From positions 2,079-66,078 of the forward strand of contig CAZUBK010000001.1 in the NCBI GenBank assembly GCA_964618725.1: a stretch of DNA of 64,000 nucleotides, written 5' to 3'. Source of the DNA: an uncultured Pseudomonadales bacterium (GTDB taxonomy: Bacteria; Patescibacteriota; Microgenomatia; UBA1400; Chazhemtobacteraceae). Positions 26,351 through 35,734 of the stretch are shown piece after piece. The translations under genes were made by a program, and so were the position numbers. The stretch's first letter is position 1. Every line of letters begins with the position of its first letter. A model generated the notes under the pieces. That model searched no databases. It was not told where the DNA came from and saw only the letters and a list, made by a program, of their open reading frames with translations.

Positions 26351-28039
26351 ATGCTAATGCTTAAGAGAATCAATTGGAAAATAGCCGGAAGTGCTGGACA
26401 CGGGATCAAGTCGATTGGGGCGATCATGGCTCGGGCATTACTTTTGCATAAGTGGTTTGTATACGGTTATGATGAATATCCTTCGTTGATACGAGGTGGT
26501 CAAAATACTTATCAGTTGCTTATTTCTAACGAAAAAGTAACCGCTCCGCAGAAAAAGATTGATATATTAGTGGCTTTGAATGAGGAGGGGATAAGTAATC
26601 ACTTGGAGGAGATAACTGAGGATACGATAGTTATCAAGGATAAGGAGTTAAAGATTGAGATCTTGAAAGGAAAAGTGTGGAATTTGGCAATTTTGGAGAT
26701 GGCGAAGACTTTAGGCAATCCCTTGGTTCAAAATACAATTCTTCTGGGAGTAACGGCGCAGATGTTCGCCCTGAAGGATGAGGCTATGAGAGATTTAGTC
26801 AAGACAGAATTTGGAAAGAAGCAGGAGTTGCTGGAGTTAAACATTAGGGCTTACGAAGAGGGACGGAAGATGGTGGTGGATCGGGAGCAAATTGATTTGA
26901 GTAAGGGAAGCAGAGAAGGTAGTGAACTTGTTATGTCAGGAAGTGAGGCGGCAGGGATGGGAGCGATAGCGGCGGGGATGCAAGCTTATTTTGCTTATCC
27001 GATGACGCCGTCGTCTCCCCTACTTCATTTTTTGGCCGAAAATCAGGAGAAATTCGATTACTTGGTTCGGCAGCCAGAGGATGAGATTGCGGCGATTAAC
27101 ATGGCTCTGGGGGCATCTTTTGCAGGGGCTAAGTCAATGGTGGGAACCGCTGGAGGGGGATTTGCGTTGATGCAAGAGTCAGTGTCCTTGGCGGGAATGT
27201 TGGAATTACCTTTAGTTATCTATGTCGGAATGCGGCCGGCGCCAGCGACGGGATTACCAACCTGGACGTCACAGTCGGATCTTCGGTTTGTGATTTATTC
27301 CGGACATGGTGAGTTCCCCAAGATTGTATTAAGTCCTGGAGATACGAATGAAGTGTTTGATTTGGTTCATAAAGCGTTTGAACTGAGTCAGAAGTATCAA
27401 GTGACAGTGATTGTGTTAACCGACAAGTTACTGGCGGAAGCACATCAGGTGACGGAAGAATTTCCCAGTCTTTTAGTTGTACCGTTACAGAATATAGAGT
27501 GGCGACCGACACAGCCAGAGGGGGAGATGTATCACCGTTATCAACCAACACCAGATGGGGTTGGAAAGCGGACGTTACCTGGGATAGTCAATGGCATTTA
27601 TATTGCCAATTCAGATGAGCACACTCCGGAAGGGTTGGTTTCCGAGACGGCGGAGATGAGGCAAGTGATGAACTTGAGGAGGTCAAACAAGATGAAGCTG
27701 ATAGCCGATGAGGCAATAGCTCCAACGATATATGGGGATGCTGAGTCATCGGATTATTTAGTCTCCTTTGGTAGTACCAAAGGGAGTATTTTAGAGGCGT
27801 TAAAGGAGCTGCCTGGGATGGGTTTTTGTCATTTCACTCAAGTATGGCCAATTTCGTCTCAAGCAGTAGAAATGCTTAGAGACAAGAGGCTTACAGTAGT
27901 GGAAAACAACATGACGGGGCAGTTAGCGGGTCTACTCAAACAAGAATTGGGACTAAAGATAGAGACGAATCTATGCAAAGATGATGGTAGACCGTTTTAT
28001 CCTGAGGAAATCGTTCAATTTATGAAAGAGAAAAGATGA
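26351..28039 (+). CDS. 2-oxoacid:ferredoxin oxidoreductase, fused gamma/alpha subunit
   Basis: 562 aa. The N-terminal gamma-like domain and central POR alpha domain (GSEAAGMGAIAAGMQAYFAYPMTPSS) fit Kor/Por alpha subunits. Confidence 0.7.
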   Translation: MLMLKRINWKIAGSAGHGIKSIGAIMARALLLHKWFVYGYDEYPSLIRGGQNTYQLLISNEKVTAPQKKIDILVALNEEGISNHLEEITEDTIVIKDKELKIEILKGKVWNLAILEMAKTLGNPLVQNTILLGVTAQMFALKDEAMRDLVKTEFGKKQELLELNIRAYEEGRKMVVDREQIDLSKGSREGSELVMSGSEAAGMGAIAAGMQAYFAYPMTPSSPLLHFLAENQEKFDYLVRQPEDEIAAINMALGASFAGAKSMVGTAGGGFALMQESVSLAGMLELPLVIYVGMRPAPATGLPTWTSQSDLRFVIYSGHGEFPKIVLSPGDTNEVFDLVHKAFELSQKYQVTVIVLTDKLLAEAHQVTEEFPSLLVVPLQNIEWRPTQPEGEMYHRYQPTPDGVGKRTLPGIVNGIYIANSDEHTPEGLVSETAEMRQVMNLRRSNKMKLIADEAIAPTIYGDAESSDYLVSFGSTKGSILEALKELPGMGFCHFTQVWPISSQAVEMLRDKRLTVVENNMTGQLAGLLKQELGLKIETNLCKDDGRPFYPEEIVQFMKEKR

Positions 28040-28893
28040 CACAGATAAAAGAAGCGACTGATTTAAACACAAAACAGTTCCCGACTTGGTGTCCGGGGTG
28101 TGGCGATTTCGCCATTTGGGCAGCTTTAAAGTCGGCAGTGGCTGGACTAAAGATACCTTGGGAACAGGTGGTAGTGGTTTACGGTATCGGTTGTAGCGGT
28201 AATATGTCAAGTTTTGTAAAGGCCTATGGGTTTCATGGTTTACACGGTCGAGGAATACCGGCAGCAGCGGGAATAAAAATGGCAAATCACCGATTAAAGG
28301 TAATTGTTGTGGGAGGAGACGGGGATCTCTTGGGAGAAGGAATGGGACACTTTGTAGCGGCGTGTAGGGCGAATCATGATGTGACGGTGATATTACACAA
28401 TAATCAAGTGTATGGGCTAACGACGGGTCAGCATTCGCCAACGGCGCTTAAGGGAACTAAGAGCAAGTCGGCGCCACTGGGTGTGGTTGATGAACCGATT
28501 AACCCAGTACAATTGGCACTCACTTGTGGAGCTAAGCATGTTATGAGAGGCTTTGCCGGAGATATCAATCACTTAAGTGGACTTATCTCAGCAGGATTGG
28601 CCTATGAAGGCTTCTCATTTATCGATGCCTTGCAGCCATGTGTGACGTTTAACAAGTTAAATACATATATGTGGTTTAGAGAGAGGATTAAGTATATAGA
28701 GAGGCCGGCAACATCGGCACTTGAAGCATTGAAAGCAGGAGTATGGACCAACAAACAGATTCAGATTGGGACATTTTACAAACAAGATTCGGTTAGTTTC
28801 ACGGCGGGAATCGAACTACTTAGGCGTCAGACATTAATTCAGAGGCAATCGGAAAAACAGGATATTAATCAACTGTTTTCTTTGTACAGATAG
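28036..28893 (+). CDS. 2-oxoacid:ferredoxin oxidoreductase, beta subunit (TPP-binding)
   Basis: CPGCGDFA, GIGCSGN and GGDGD TPP-binding motifs. It overlaps the alpha gene by 4 nt. Confidence 0.75.
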   Translation: MTQIKEATDLNTKQFPTWCPGCGDFAIWAALKSAVAGLKIPWEQVVVVYGIGCSGNMSSFVKAYGFHGLHGRGIPAAAGIKMANHRLKVIVVGGDGDLLGEGMGHFVAACRANHDVTVILHNNQVYGLTTGQHSPTALKGTKSKSAPLGVVDEPINPVQLALTCGAKHVMRGFAGDINHLSGLISAGLAYEGFSFIDALQPCVTFNKLNTYMWFRERIKYIERPATSALEALKAGVWTNKQIQIGTFYKQDSVSFTAGIELLRRQTLIQRQSEKQDINQLFSLYR

Positions 28894-28896
28894 ACA

Positions 28897-29196
28897 ATGA
28901 GTAAGCTAGAACGTTGCTTGAGAACAGAATGGCTTCATCGCCAAGGTTTCTTTCTTGATTATAACGCTGAGACTCAGGAAGATATTGATTATTGGTTGAG
29001 AATAAGTGGTCTTATTAATGACTGGGTTGTTATCGACCCAGAAACAGATGAGATACTACTTCTTTCGACCAAGGAGAACGTAGAAAAATGGTGGAAGGAG
29101 AACAATGGTGAGTGGCCGATGGAAGACAAGAAGGACAAAAAGGACCATAGAGACAAAAGGGGAAAGAGAGGTAAAAAGGGAAAGAAAGGTAAATAG
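28897..29196 (+). CDS. Hypothetical small protein with an extremely Lys/Arg-rich C-terminal tail (KKDKKDHRDKRGKRGKKGKKGK)
   Basis: 99 aa. The only recognisable feature is the basic low-complexity tail. Confidence 0.35.
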   Translation: MSKLERCLRTEWLHRQGFFLDYNAETQEDIDYWLRISGLINDWVVIDPETDEILLLSTKENVEKWWKENNGEWPMEDKKDKKDHRDKRGKRGKKGKKGK

Positions 29197-29203
29197 CTCT
29201 TGA

Positions 29204-29821
29204 TTAGGCGAATTTGCGAATGACGCCAACGACTTTTCCTTGGACTTTTACCTTAGTAGCAAAGATAGGGCTCATATTGGCATTGGCTGGTTCCAAGCGG
29301 ACACGGGTTTTTTCTTTAAAGAAGCGTTTAAGTGTAGCTAGTCCATTGTCAAGAAGAGCAACAACAATGTCACCATTGTTGGCGTCGCCGACCTCTTCGC
29401 AGACGACATAATCGCCGTCAAAGATGCCGTCTTCGATCATGCTTTCGCCATTGACTTGGAGAACAAAAGCTTTCTTTTTGCCACTGACCATGGTGGGTGA
29501 GACCTTGAGAGTAGCGTCAGGATCAGTGTGGGGTTGAATGGGTTTGCCAGCGGCAATGAAGCCGAGGATGGGAAGCTCAACAACATTGAGTATTTGACCA
29601 AGTTTTTTATCAATTAGTTCGATACCACGGACTGCGCCTTCGTATTTGCGGATGACTTTCTTTTTGATGAGGGCTTGGAGGTGTTCATGAACGGTAGCAA
29701 GAGAAGAGACTCCAAGAGCTTCGGCAATCTCTTGGAGAGTAGGAGAGAAGCCATTACGTTGGATGTATTGGGCAATGAAATCGACTATTTGACGTTGACG
29801 ACGATAGAGTGTGACTGCCAT
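29204..29821 (-). CDS. lexA: LexA repressor (S24 peptidase)
   Basis: N-terminal wHTH (FSPTLQEIAEALGVSSLATVHEHLQAL). C-terminal S24 motifs GESMIEDGIFDGDYVVC and the Ser/Lys dyad context. Confidence 0.85.
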   Translation of the reverse strand: MAVTLYRRQRQIVDFIAQYIQRNGFSPTLQEIAEALGVSSLATVHEHLQALIKKKVIRKYEGAVRGIELIDKKLGQILNVVELPILGFIAAGKPIQPHTDPDATLKVSPTMVSGKKKAFVLQVNGESMIEDGIFDGDYVVCEEVGDANNGDIVVALLDNGLATLKRFFKEKTRVRLEPANANMSPIFATKVKVQGKVVGVIRKFA

Positions 29822-29924
29822 AAGTGTTGAATAGTAAATATTAACCTAACTAAATACCAATCTAGTCCATAAACTACCCGAAGTCAATAGGGCGATTCTA
29901 CTCGAAACACGATACAATGGAGAG

Positions 29925-32030
29925 ATGAAACAGTTTCAGTTAAAGTCAGTATATCGACCTGCAGGAGATCAGCCTCAAGCAATTGGAGGGTTAGTAAAAG
30001 GAATAAAAAAAGGTTTGCCTCACCAGGTACTTTTAGGCGTAACTGGGAGTGGAAAGACTTACAGTTTAGCGAACGTGATTCAAGAAACGCAGTTACCGAC
30101 TTTGATCATTTCTCATAACAAGACATTGGCGGGACAACTTTATCAAGAGTTTCGGGACTTCTTTCCGGAAAACGCAGTATCATATTTTGTTTCCTATTAC
30201 GATTACTATCAGCCTGAAGCATATATACCAAGGACGGATACATATATAGAGAAAGATGCCGATATCAATGAAGAAATAGATAAACTTAGGCTTTCAGCAA
30301 CGGCCAATTTGTTGTCTCGACCAGATTGTATTGTGGTGGCATCGGTGTCGTGTATATATAATCTGGGTTCCCCCCTTGTATACGCAAAAAACATTATAGA
30401 ACTACGATTGGGTCAGGTGATTGATAAAGAAACGATAGTGAGGAGATTAATTGATCTTCAGTACTTAAGAAATCAAGATATTCTGGAGCGAGGTAGCTTC
30501 AGAATCAGAGGAGGTAATCTGGAACTTTGGCCGGCATATGAGGACAAAATATTGAGGATTGCTTTTGAAAGTAGTGAGATCAAGATGGCAGAGTGGTTGG
30601 ATCCAGTAGATTTTGTGGTCTTACCGGACGAAAGTGGAGTGATTGAGCAGACGGGTAGATTCTCAATTTACCCGGCCAAACATTACATTAGCGATCCAAC
30701 GACGAGAGAGTCAGCATTTGCTCAAATTAGAGGAGATCTGAGTCGAAGAGTAATGGAGCTTAGAGGACTGGGGCGAGATTTGGAGGCACATCGGTTAGAT
30801 CAAAAGGTAAATTATGATCTGGAGATGATGACGGCCGTAGGATCGGTTAAAGGGATTGAGAACTACTCAAGATACTTTGATGGTAGGGAAATCGGTGATC
30901 CACCATATACTTTGATTGAATACATGGAGCACAATGCTAAATTGTTTGGCAAGAATGGCTTTTTGACGGTTATTGATGAGAGTCATATTAGTATTCCTCA
31001 AATTACTGGGATGTATCGAGGAGATAGGGCGAGAAAAGAGACCTTGATTGATTATGGTTTTAGGTTACCGAGTGCTTTGGATAACCGACCACTGACATAT
31101 ACCGAGTTTGCCCAAAGGACACCGCAGGTAATCTATACTTCGGCGACGCCGGGTGATTACGAGTTAAGCCTAGCGAAACAAGCTGGAGCGGCGAAAAAGA
31201 TGCTGGGTGTCGTTGAGCAATTAGTCAGACCAACAGGGTTATTAGATCCTGAGATTTTTGTGCGTCCAATTGAAGGTCAGGTGACTGATTTAATGAAGGA
31301 GATCATTATTCGTAAGCAAAAAGGAGAGAGGGTCTTGGTGACGACACTGACTAAAAAGATGTCTGAAGAGTTGGCCGAGTATTTGGCCGATCCGGAAAAA
31401 GTGGAGGAACGAACCAAGCAGAAGTTAGACGAGCCAATCAAGGTGACATATCTACATGCTGACGTAGAGACACTAGATCGAGCCGATATTCTCGACAGCT
31501 TAAGATTGGGGGAAGTTGACGTAGTGGTGGGAATAAATCTTTTAAGAGAAGGTCTAGATCTACCGGAAGTATCACTGGTGGCGATTTTGGATGCAGACAA
31601 GGAGGGATTCCTCCGGTCTCGGGTTTCGTTGATTCAGATCATGGGACGGGCGGCTAGACATGAGAATGGAAAAGTAATTCTTTATGCGGATAAAGAAACT
31701 GATTCTATGAGGGCGGCAATTGACGAAGTGAAAAGAAGACGAGAAAGACAGCAGGAATACAACTATAAACACGGTATAACGCCGATGAGTATTAACAAGC
31801 CGATTAGGGAGAAGCTTTTGAAGCGAGAAAAAAAGGAAGACAATCAGAGAATGAAAGAATTCAAGGAGTTTGGTTGGAGTACTCCGGAAGAAATCGATCC
31901 AGAAGCTCTAACACCGCAGGATAAGGAGAAAATGGTCAAGAAACTGAAAAAAATGATGAATCAAGCGGCCAAGGATTGGGAATTTGAGAAGGCGGCTCAA
32001 TACCGGGATGTAATAGAGAAGTTATCTTAA
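29925..32030 (+). CDS. uvrB: Excinuclease ABC subunit B
   Basis: LLGVTGSGKT Walker A, a helicase domain and the C-terminal UVR motif (EKAAQYRDVIEKL). Confidence 0.9.
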   Translation: MKQFQLKSVYRPAGDQPQAIGGLVKGIKKGLPHQVLLGVTGSGKTYSLANVIQETQLPTLIISHNKTLAGQLYQEFRDFFPENAVSYFVSYYDYYQPEAYIPRTDTYIEKDADINEEIDKLRLSATANLLSRPDCIVVASVSCIYNLGSPLVYAKNIIELRLGQVIDKETIVRRLIDLQYLRNQDILERGSFRIRGGNLELWPAYEDKILRIAFESSEIKMAEWLDPVDFVVLPDESGVIEQTGRFSIYPAKHYISDPTTRESAFAQIRGDLSRRVMELRGLGRDLEAHRLDQKVNYDLEMMTAVGSVKGIENYSRYFDGREIGDPPYTLIEYMEHNAKLFGKNGFLTVIDESHISIPQITGMYRGDRARKETLIDYGFRLPSALDNRPLTYTEFAQRTPQVIYTSATPGDYELSLAKQAGAAKKMLGVVEQLVRPTGLLDPEIFVRPIEGQVTDLMKEIIIRKQKGERVLVTTLTKKMSEELAEYLADPEKVEERTKQKLDEPIKVTYLHADVETLDRADILDSLRLGEVDVVVGINLLREGLDLPEVSLVAILDADKEGFLRSRVSLIQIMGRAARHENGKVILYADKETDSMRAAIDEVKRRRERQQEYNYKHGITPMSINKPIREKLLKREKKEDNQRMKEFKEFGWSTPEEIDPEALTPQDKEKMVKKLKKMMNQAAKDWEFEKAAQYRDVIEKLS

Positions 32031-32052
32031 TTTATGGGGTGATTTTGCTAGA

Positions 32053-32703
32053 TTATTTGGCGAGAACAAGGAACTGACCTTCGGTATCTTCGGCATAAGA
32101 CATACGTGTATTAACACTCCCGTGACGACGGATGGAGTGTAGAGCATCGTCAAGCGACTCGTGCTCATGAAGTGTTCCCAGTATTTTAGTTATTCTTCTC
32201 TCGATTCGTTGTAATGCCTCACCTTCATCACCTAATTGTTCATCTATTCGTGTTAATTCGTTAGATTCGGTTTCAAGTACGATTACTATTTTTGTTTTTG
32301 GCCCGGACAGAAGCTTTATGTCTTCAAGCATGGTATTACGTTTAGAGAGAATATCTCGTGGATTGGGGGCGATAACGGTAATAATATCGGGGTGATTGTT
32401 TGGAGAAATGTTGCCAATTAGATCACCCGATTGTGCGTCTACTGAGTAATATATTCCTTTGGAATCATTGAGGCCTGTTTTGACCAAACCAGGAGCCTCT
32501 GTGGGATCAATATTAAAAACAGTGTCAGATTCTTCGGTGGCAAAGGGAGAACGTCTATCTGAACCTAAATTAAAAACAATTACGCCGTTGGGTCGATTAC
32601 TTCTGGCGATATTGATTAGGTGATCAATATCCTTTGGTGTAACTTCTGTTGCTTCTTTAGATGATATGGATCCTGTTCTCTCGAAAATTGTCTCATCGCT
32701 CAT
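32053..32703 (-). CDS. Hypothetical protein (216 aa)
   Basis: The table ORF (to 32928) would overlap the uvrA start. The internal ATG at 32703 (MSDETIFERTG...) avoids that overlap. No recognisable motifs. Confidence 0.35.
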   Translation of the reverse strand: MSDETIFERTGSISSKEATEVTPKDIDHLINIARSNRPNGVIVFNLGSDRRSPFATEESDTVFNIDPTEAPGLVKTGLNDSKGIYYSVDAQSGDLIGNISPNNHPDIITVIAPNPRDILSKRNTMLEDIKLLSGPKTKIVIVLETESNELTRIDEQLGDEGEALQRIERRITKILGTLHEHESLDDALHSIRRHGSVNTRMSYAEDTEGQFLVLAK

Positions 32704-32770
32704 GAAGAAGAATATAGCATAAATCCTTACTTGCACATGTTCGGGTAAATCTCTGGTACAATGTAGTGTT

Positions 32771-35716
32771 GTGATAGAAGAAAAGAGTATCTCACCAGCA
32801 ACGCATTTAATTGTTCGAGGAGCAAGGCAGCACAACCTCAAGGGAGTGGATTTAGACTTGCCAAAAAATAGATTGATTGTCTTTACTGGTTTGTCGGGTT
32901 CGGGTAAGTCGAGTATGGCGTTTGACACTATATATGCTGAGGGACAAAGGCGTTATGTCGAGAGTCTCTCGTCTTATGCGCGTCAGTTTTTAGGAGTAAT
33001 GGACAAGCCTGAAGTAGATCGGATTGATGGGTTGTCTCCGGCAATCTCGATTGATCAGAAGTCTGGATCACATAATCCGCGTTCGACGGTGGGAACGGTG
33101 ACGGAAATTTATGATTACCTAAGACTTTTGTTTGCTCGTGCGGGACATCCACACTGTCCTAACTGCGGCAGGGAGATTGAGACCTCTGATGCGGAGCAGA
33201 TAACAAGTCAAATCTTAGTGATGGCAGAGACACATTCACAAATGGTGGAACGAAGAGGAGTGAGGGTTATGATTTTGGCGCCAGTAGTGAGGCATCAGAA
33301 GGGACAGTTTAAGGAGTTGTTTATTAACCTAAGAAAGCAGGGTTTTAGTAGTGTGAGGATAGATAAACGGATAGTAAGTTTGAATACGGAGAGGGATCTA
33401 GTTAAGACAAATTTCCATGATATTGAGGTCGTAATCGATAAACTAATCATAGAACCAAAGATCTTACGTGAGGATGGGGTAGCAAAGTCGGAGACAAGAA
33501 ACCGTTTGTTTGAAGGAGTAGAGACTTCGCTCAAACTTTCGGCTGGATTACTGGTGACATCGATTGTACTGGACGCAAGCTTTGAGTTTCCCACTAATCC
33601 TGAGGAGACAGAGGACCATTTGTTTTCCGAGAAGTTTGCTTGTCCAGTATGTAACATTAGCTTACCGGAGATTGAGCCGAGGACTTTCTCGTTTAATAGT
33701 CCAGAGGGAGCGTGTGAGGAGTGTATGGGGTTGGGAAGTAAACTGGCGGTTCGTTCAGAACTCCTGTTAGCGCCTAGTTTATCCCTAAATGAAGGGGCAA
33801 TTATTCCTTTTGCTGGACAGTTTGAAAGTAGTACCTGGTTGGCTAGACTCATTCGTGAAGTAGCGATACAACAGGGATTTGATGCGAGTAAACCAATAAA
33901 CAAGTTAAGTCAAGAACAGTTGGATATCTTGATGAATGGAACGGGTGAGAGGGAGTACAAAGTCAAGGGATTTAACACCCAAGGAAGAGAGACCGTCTGG
34001 ACAACTAGCTTTAGAGGTGTAGTAGCAGAGATTGAGCGGCGTTACGAGGAAACTAGTTCTGATTATGTTCGGAGTGAGTTGGAGAAATATATGGTAAAGC
34101 AACTGTGCCCCAAGTGTCGAGGGGCAAGGCTTAAACCTGAGACATTGGGAATTACGATTGACGACAAGTCAATTGTTGAGGTAACCAGTATTAGTATCGA
34201 GCAAACATTGGATTGGATGAAACAGCTACCAGAAAAGTTAAATGAGACGGAGAGACGGATTGCTGAACCAATCGTGGAAGAAATAACAGGTAGATTGTCA
34301 TTTTTGACAGCGGTGGGACTTGATTATCTCTCTTTAAGCAGAGAAGCAGGGAGTCTGGCGGGGGGAGAATTACAACGGATTCGTTTGGCGTCACAGATTG
34401 GGAGTCGGTTGACGGGGGTATTGTATGTTTTGGACGAGCCGACGATAGGACTTCATGAACGAGATAATAAGAGACTAATAAATACGCTTAGAGATTTGCA
34501 GAATCTGGGTAATACTTTGATAGTAGTGGAACATGACAGAGAGATGATGTTGTCGGCGGATGAACTGGTAGAGTTTGGGCCGGAAGCGGGACAATTTGGC
34601 GGGGAGATTGTCTTTCAGGGAAAGGTGGAAGAGATTATGAAAGATCCCAAATCGGTGACCGGAGCATATTTATCGGGGAAAAAGAAAATTGAAGTGAATA
34701 ATGAAGTGAAGCCTAAGTTTGCTGGTTTTTTGGAGTTGCTTGGTGCGGGAGAGCACAATTTGAAAAATGTGAATCTAAAGTTACCAGTAGGAAAGCTTAT
34801 TTGTATTACCGGAGTTTCAGGTTCGGGCAAGTCGACTTTGGTTGTACAAACGCTTTACGAGGCCTTGGCTCGGAAATTAAATCGGGCACATAGGCAACAA
34901 TTGGTGGATTTTAAAGAGATTATTATTCCTGAGCTAGTTAGACGAGTTAGTCTGATTGACCAGAGTCCGATTGGAAGGACACCTCGAAGTAATCCAGCAA
35001 CATATACCAAGTCTTTTGACTATATTCGTCAGTTATTTGCCAGTACTGAGGAAGCGAGAATCAGGGGATATGGGGCGGGAAGATTTAGCTTTAATGTGAA
35101 AGGAGGTAGGTGTGAAGCATGTCAGGGAGAAGGGCAAAACAAAATTGAGATGCAGTTTATGGCTGATCTATATGTAACCTGCCAAGTCTGTCAGGGTAAG
35201 CGATACAATTCTCCGACTTTAGAAGTGGAATATAAAGGTAAAAATATTGCTGAGGTTTTGGATCTGACGATTGATGAGGGGTTGGAGTTTTTCAGAGCAA
35301 TCCCAGGACTGAAAGCTCGACTTTCGACGCTAAAGGAGGTGGGGCTAGGGTACTTACGTTTGGGGCAACCAGCACCGACTTTGTCGGGAGGTGAGGCTCA
35401 GAGAATTAAGTTGGCAGCGGAGTTGGCCAAGACGGGGGCGGGAAGAACGGTTTACGTCTTGGATGAGCCAACAACAGGGCTCCACTTCGAAGATTTAAGA
35501 AAATTGATAATCGTGCTGCGACAGCTAGTGGAACAGGGTAACACTGTAGTGGTAATTGAGCACAATCTAGATTTGGTCAAGAATGCAGATTGGATTATCG
35601 ATATGGGGCCGGAAGGTGGAGACAAGGGGGGGATGATTATCGCAGAGGGTACACCCAGAGAGATTGTAGCTCACAAAAGCTCTTATACTGGACAGGAATT
35701 GAAGAATTATCTTTAA
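32771..35716 (+). CDS. uvrA: Excinuclease ABC subunit A
   Basis: Two ABC ATPase modules (FTGLSGSGKSS and ITGVSGSGKST) and zinc fingers (CPNCGREI, CEACQGEG). It starts at a GTG. Confidence 0.9.
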   Translation: MIEEKSISPATHLIVRGARQHNLKGVDLDLPKNRLIVFTGLSGSGKSSMAFDTIYAEGQRRYVESLSSYARQFLGVMDKPEVDRIDGLSPAISIDQKSGSHNPRSTVGTVTEIYDYLRLLFARAGHPHCPNCGREIETSDAEQITSQILVMAETHSQMVERRGVRVMILAPVVRHQKGQFKELFINLRKQGFSSVRIDKRIVSLNTERDLVKTNFHDIEVVIDKLIIEPKILREDGVAKSETRNRLFEGVETSLKLSAGLLVTSIVLDASFEFPTNPEETEDHLFSEKFACPVCNISLPEIEPRTFSFNSPEGACEECMGLGSKLAVRSELLLAPSLSLNEGAIIPFAGQFESSTWLARLIREVAIQQGFDASKPINKLSQEQLDILMNGTGEREYKVKGFNTQGRETVWTTSFRGVVAEIERRYEETSSDYVRSELEKYMVKQLCPKCRGARLKPETLGITIDDKSIVEVTSISIEQTLDWMKQLPEKLNETERRIAEPIVEEITGRLSFLTAVGLDYLSLSREAGSLAGGELQRIRLASQIGSRLTGVLYVLDEPTIGLHERDNKRLINTLRDLQNLGNTLIVVEHDREMMLSADELVEFGPEAGQFGGEIVFQGKVEEIMKDPKSVTGAYLSGKKKIEVNNEVKPKFAGFLELLGAGEHNLKNVNLKLPVGKLICITGVSGSGKSTLVVQTLYEALARKLNRAHRQQLVDFKEIIIPELVRRVSLIDQSPIGRTPRSNPATYTKSFDYIRQLFASTEEARIRGYGAGRFSFNVKGGRCEACQGEGQNKIEMQFMADLYVTCQVCQGKRYNSPTLEVEYKGKNIAEVLDLTIDEGLEFFRAIPGLKARLSTLKEVGLGYLRLGQPAPTLSGGEAQRIKLAAELAKTGAGRTVYVLDEPTTGLHFEDLRKLIIVLRQLVEQGNTVVVIEHNLDLVKNADWIIDMGPEGGDKGGMIIAEGTPREIVAHKSSYTGQELKNYL

Positions 35717-35734
35717 GGTCGGTTAAGATAGAGT

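Noticed and set aside
29861-29924. Searched the lexA-uvrB intergenic for a canonical palindromic SOS box (CTGT-N8-ACAG or GAAC-N4-GTTC)
   Set aside because: Neither consensus is present. I found only the direct CTAC(C/T)CGAA repeats and the shared TTCGGGTA element, which I report instead as a candidate lineage-specific operator.
32704-32928. N-terminal 75 codons of table ORF 32053..32928
   Set aside because: This region overlaps the uvrA start codon and promoter on the other strand. An internal ATG at 32703 gives a non-overlapping gene, so I trimmed it.
33295-33903. Long antisense ORFs inside uvrA (33295..33903 and others). Similar shadows lie inside the ligase genes (5255..5611), typA (44001..44396) and the ferredoxin-oxidoreductase gene (27971..28441).
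   Set aside because: They overlap strongly supported conserved genes on the opposite strand and have low-complexity S/P/L-rich translations typical of shadow ORFs.
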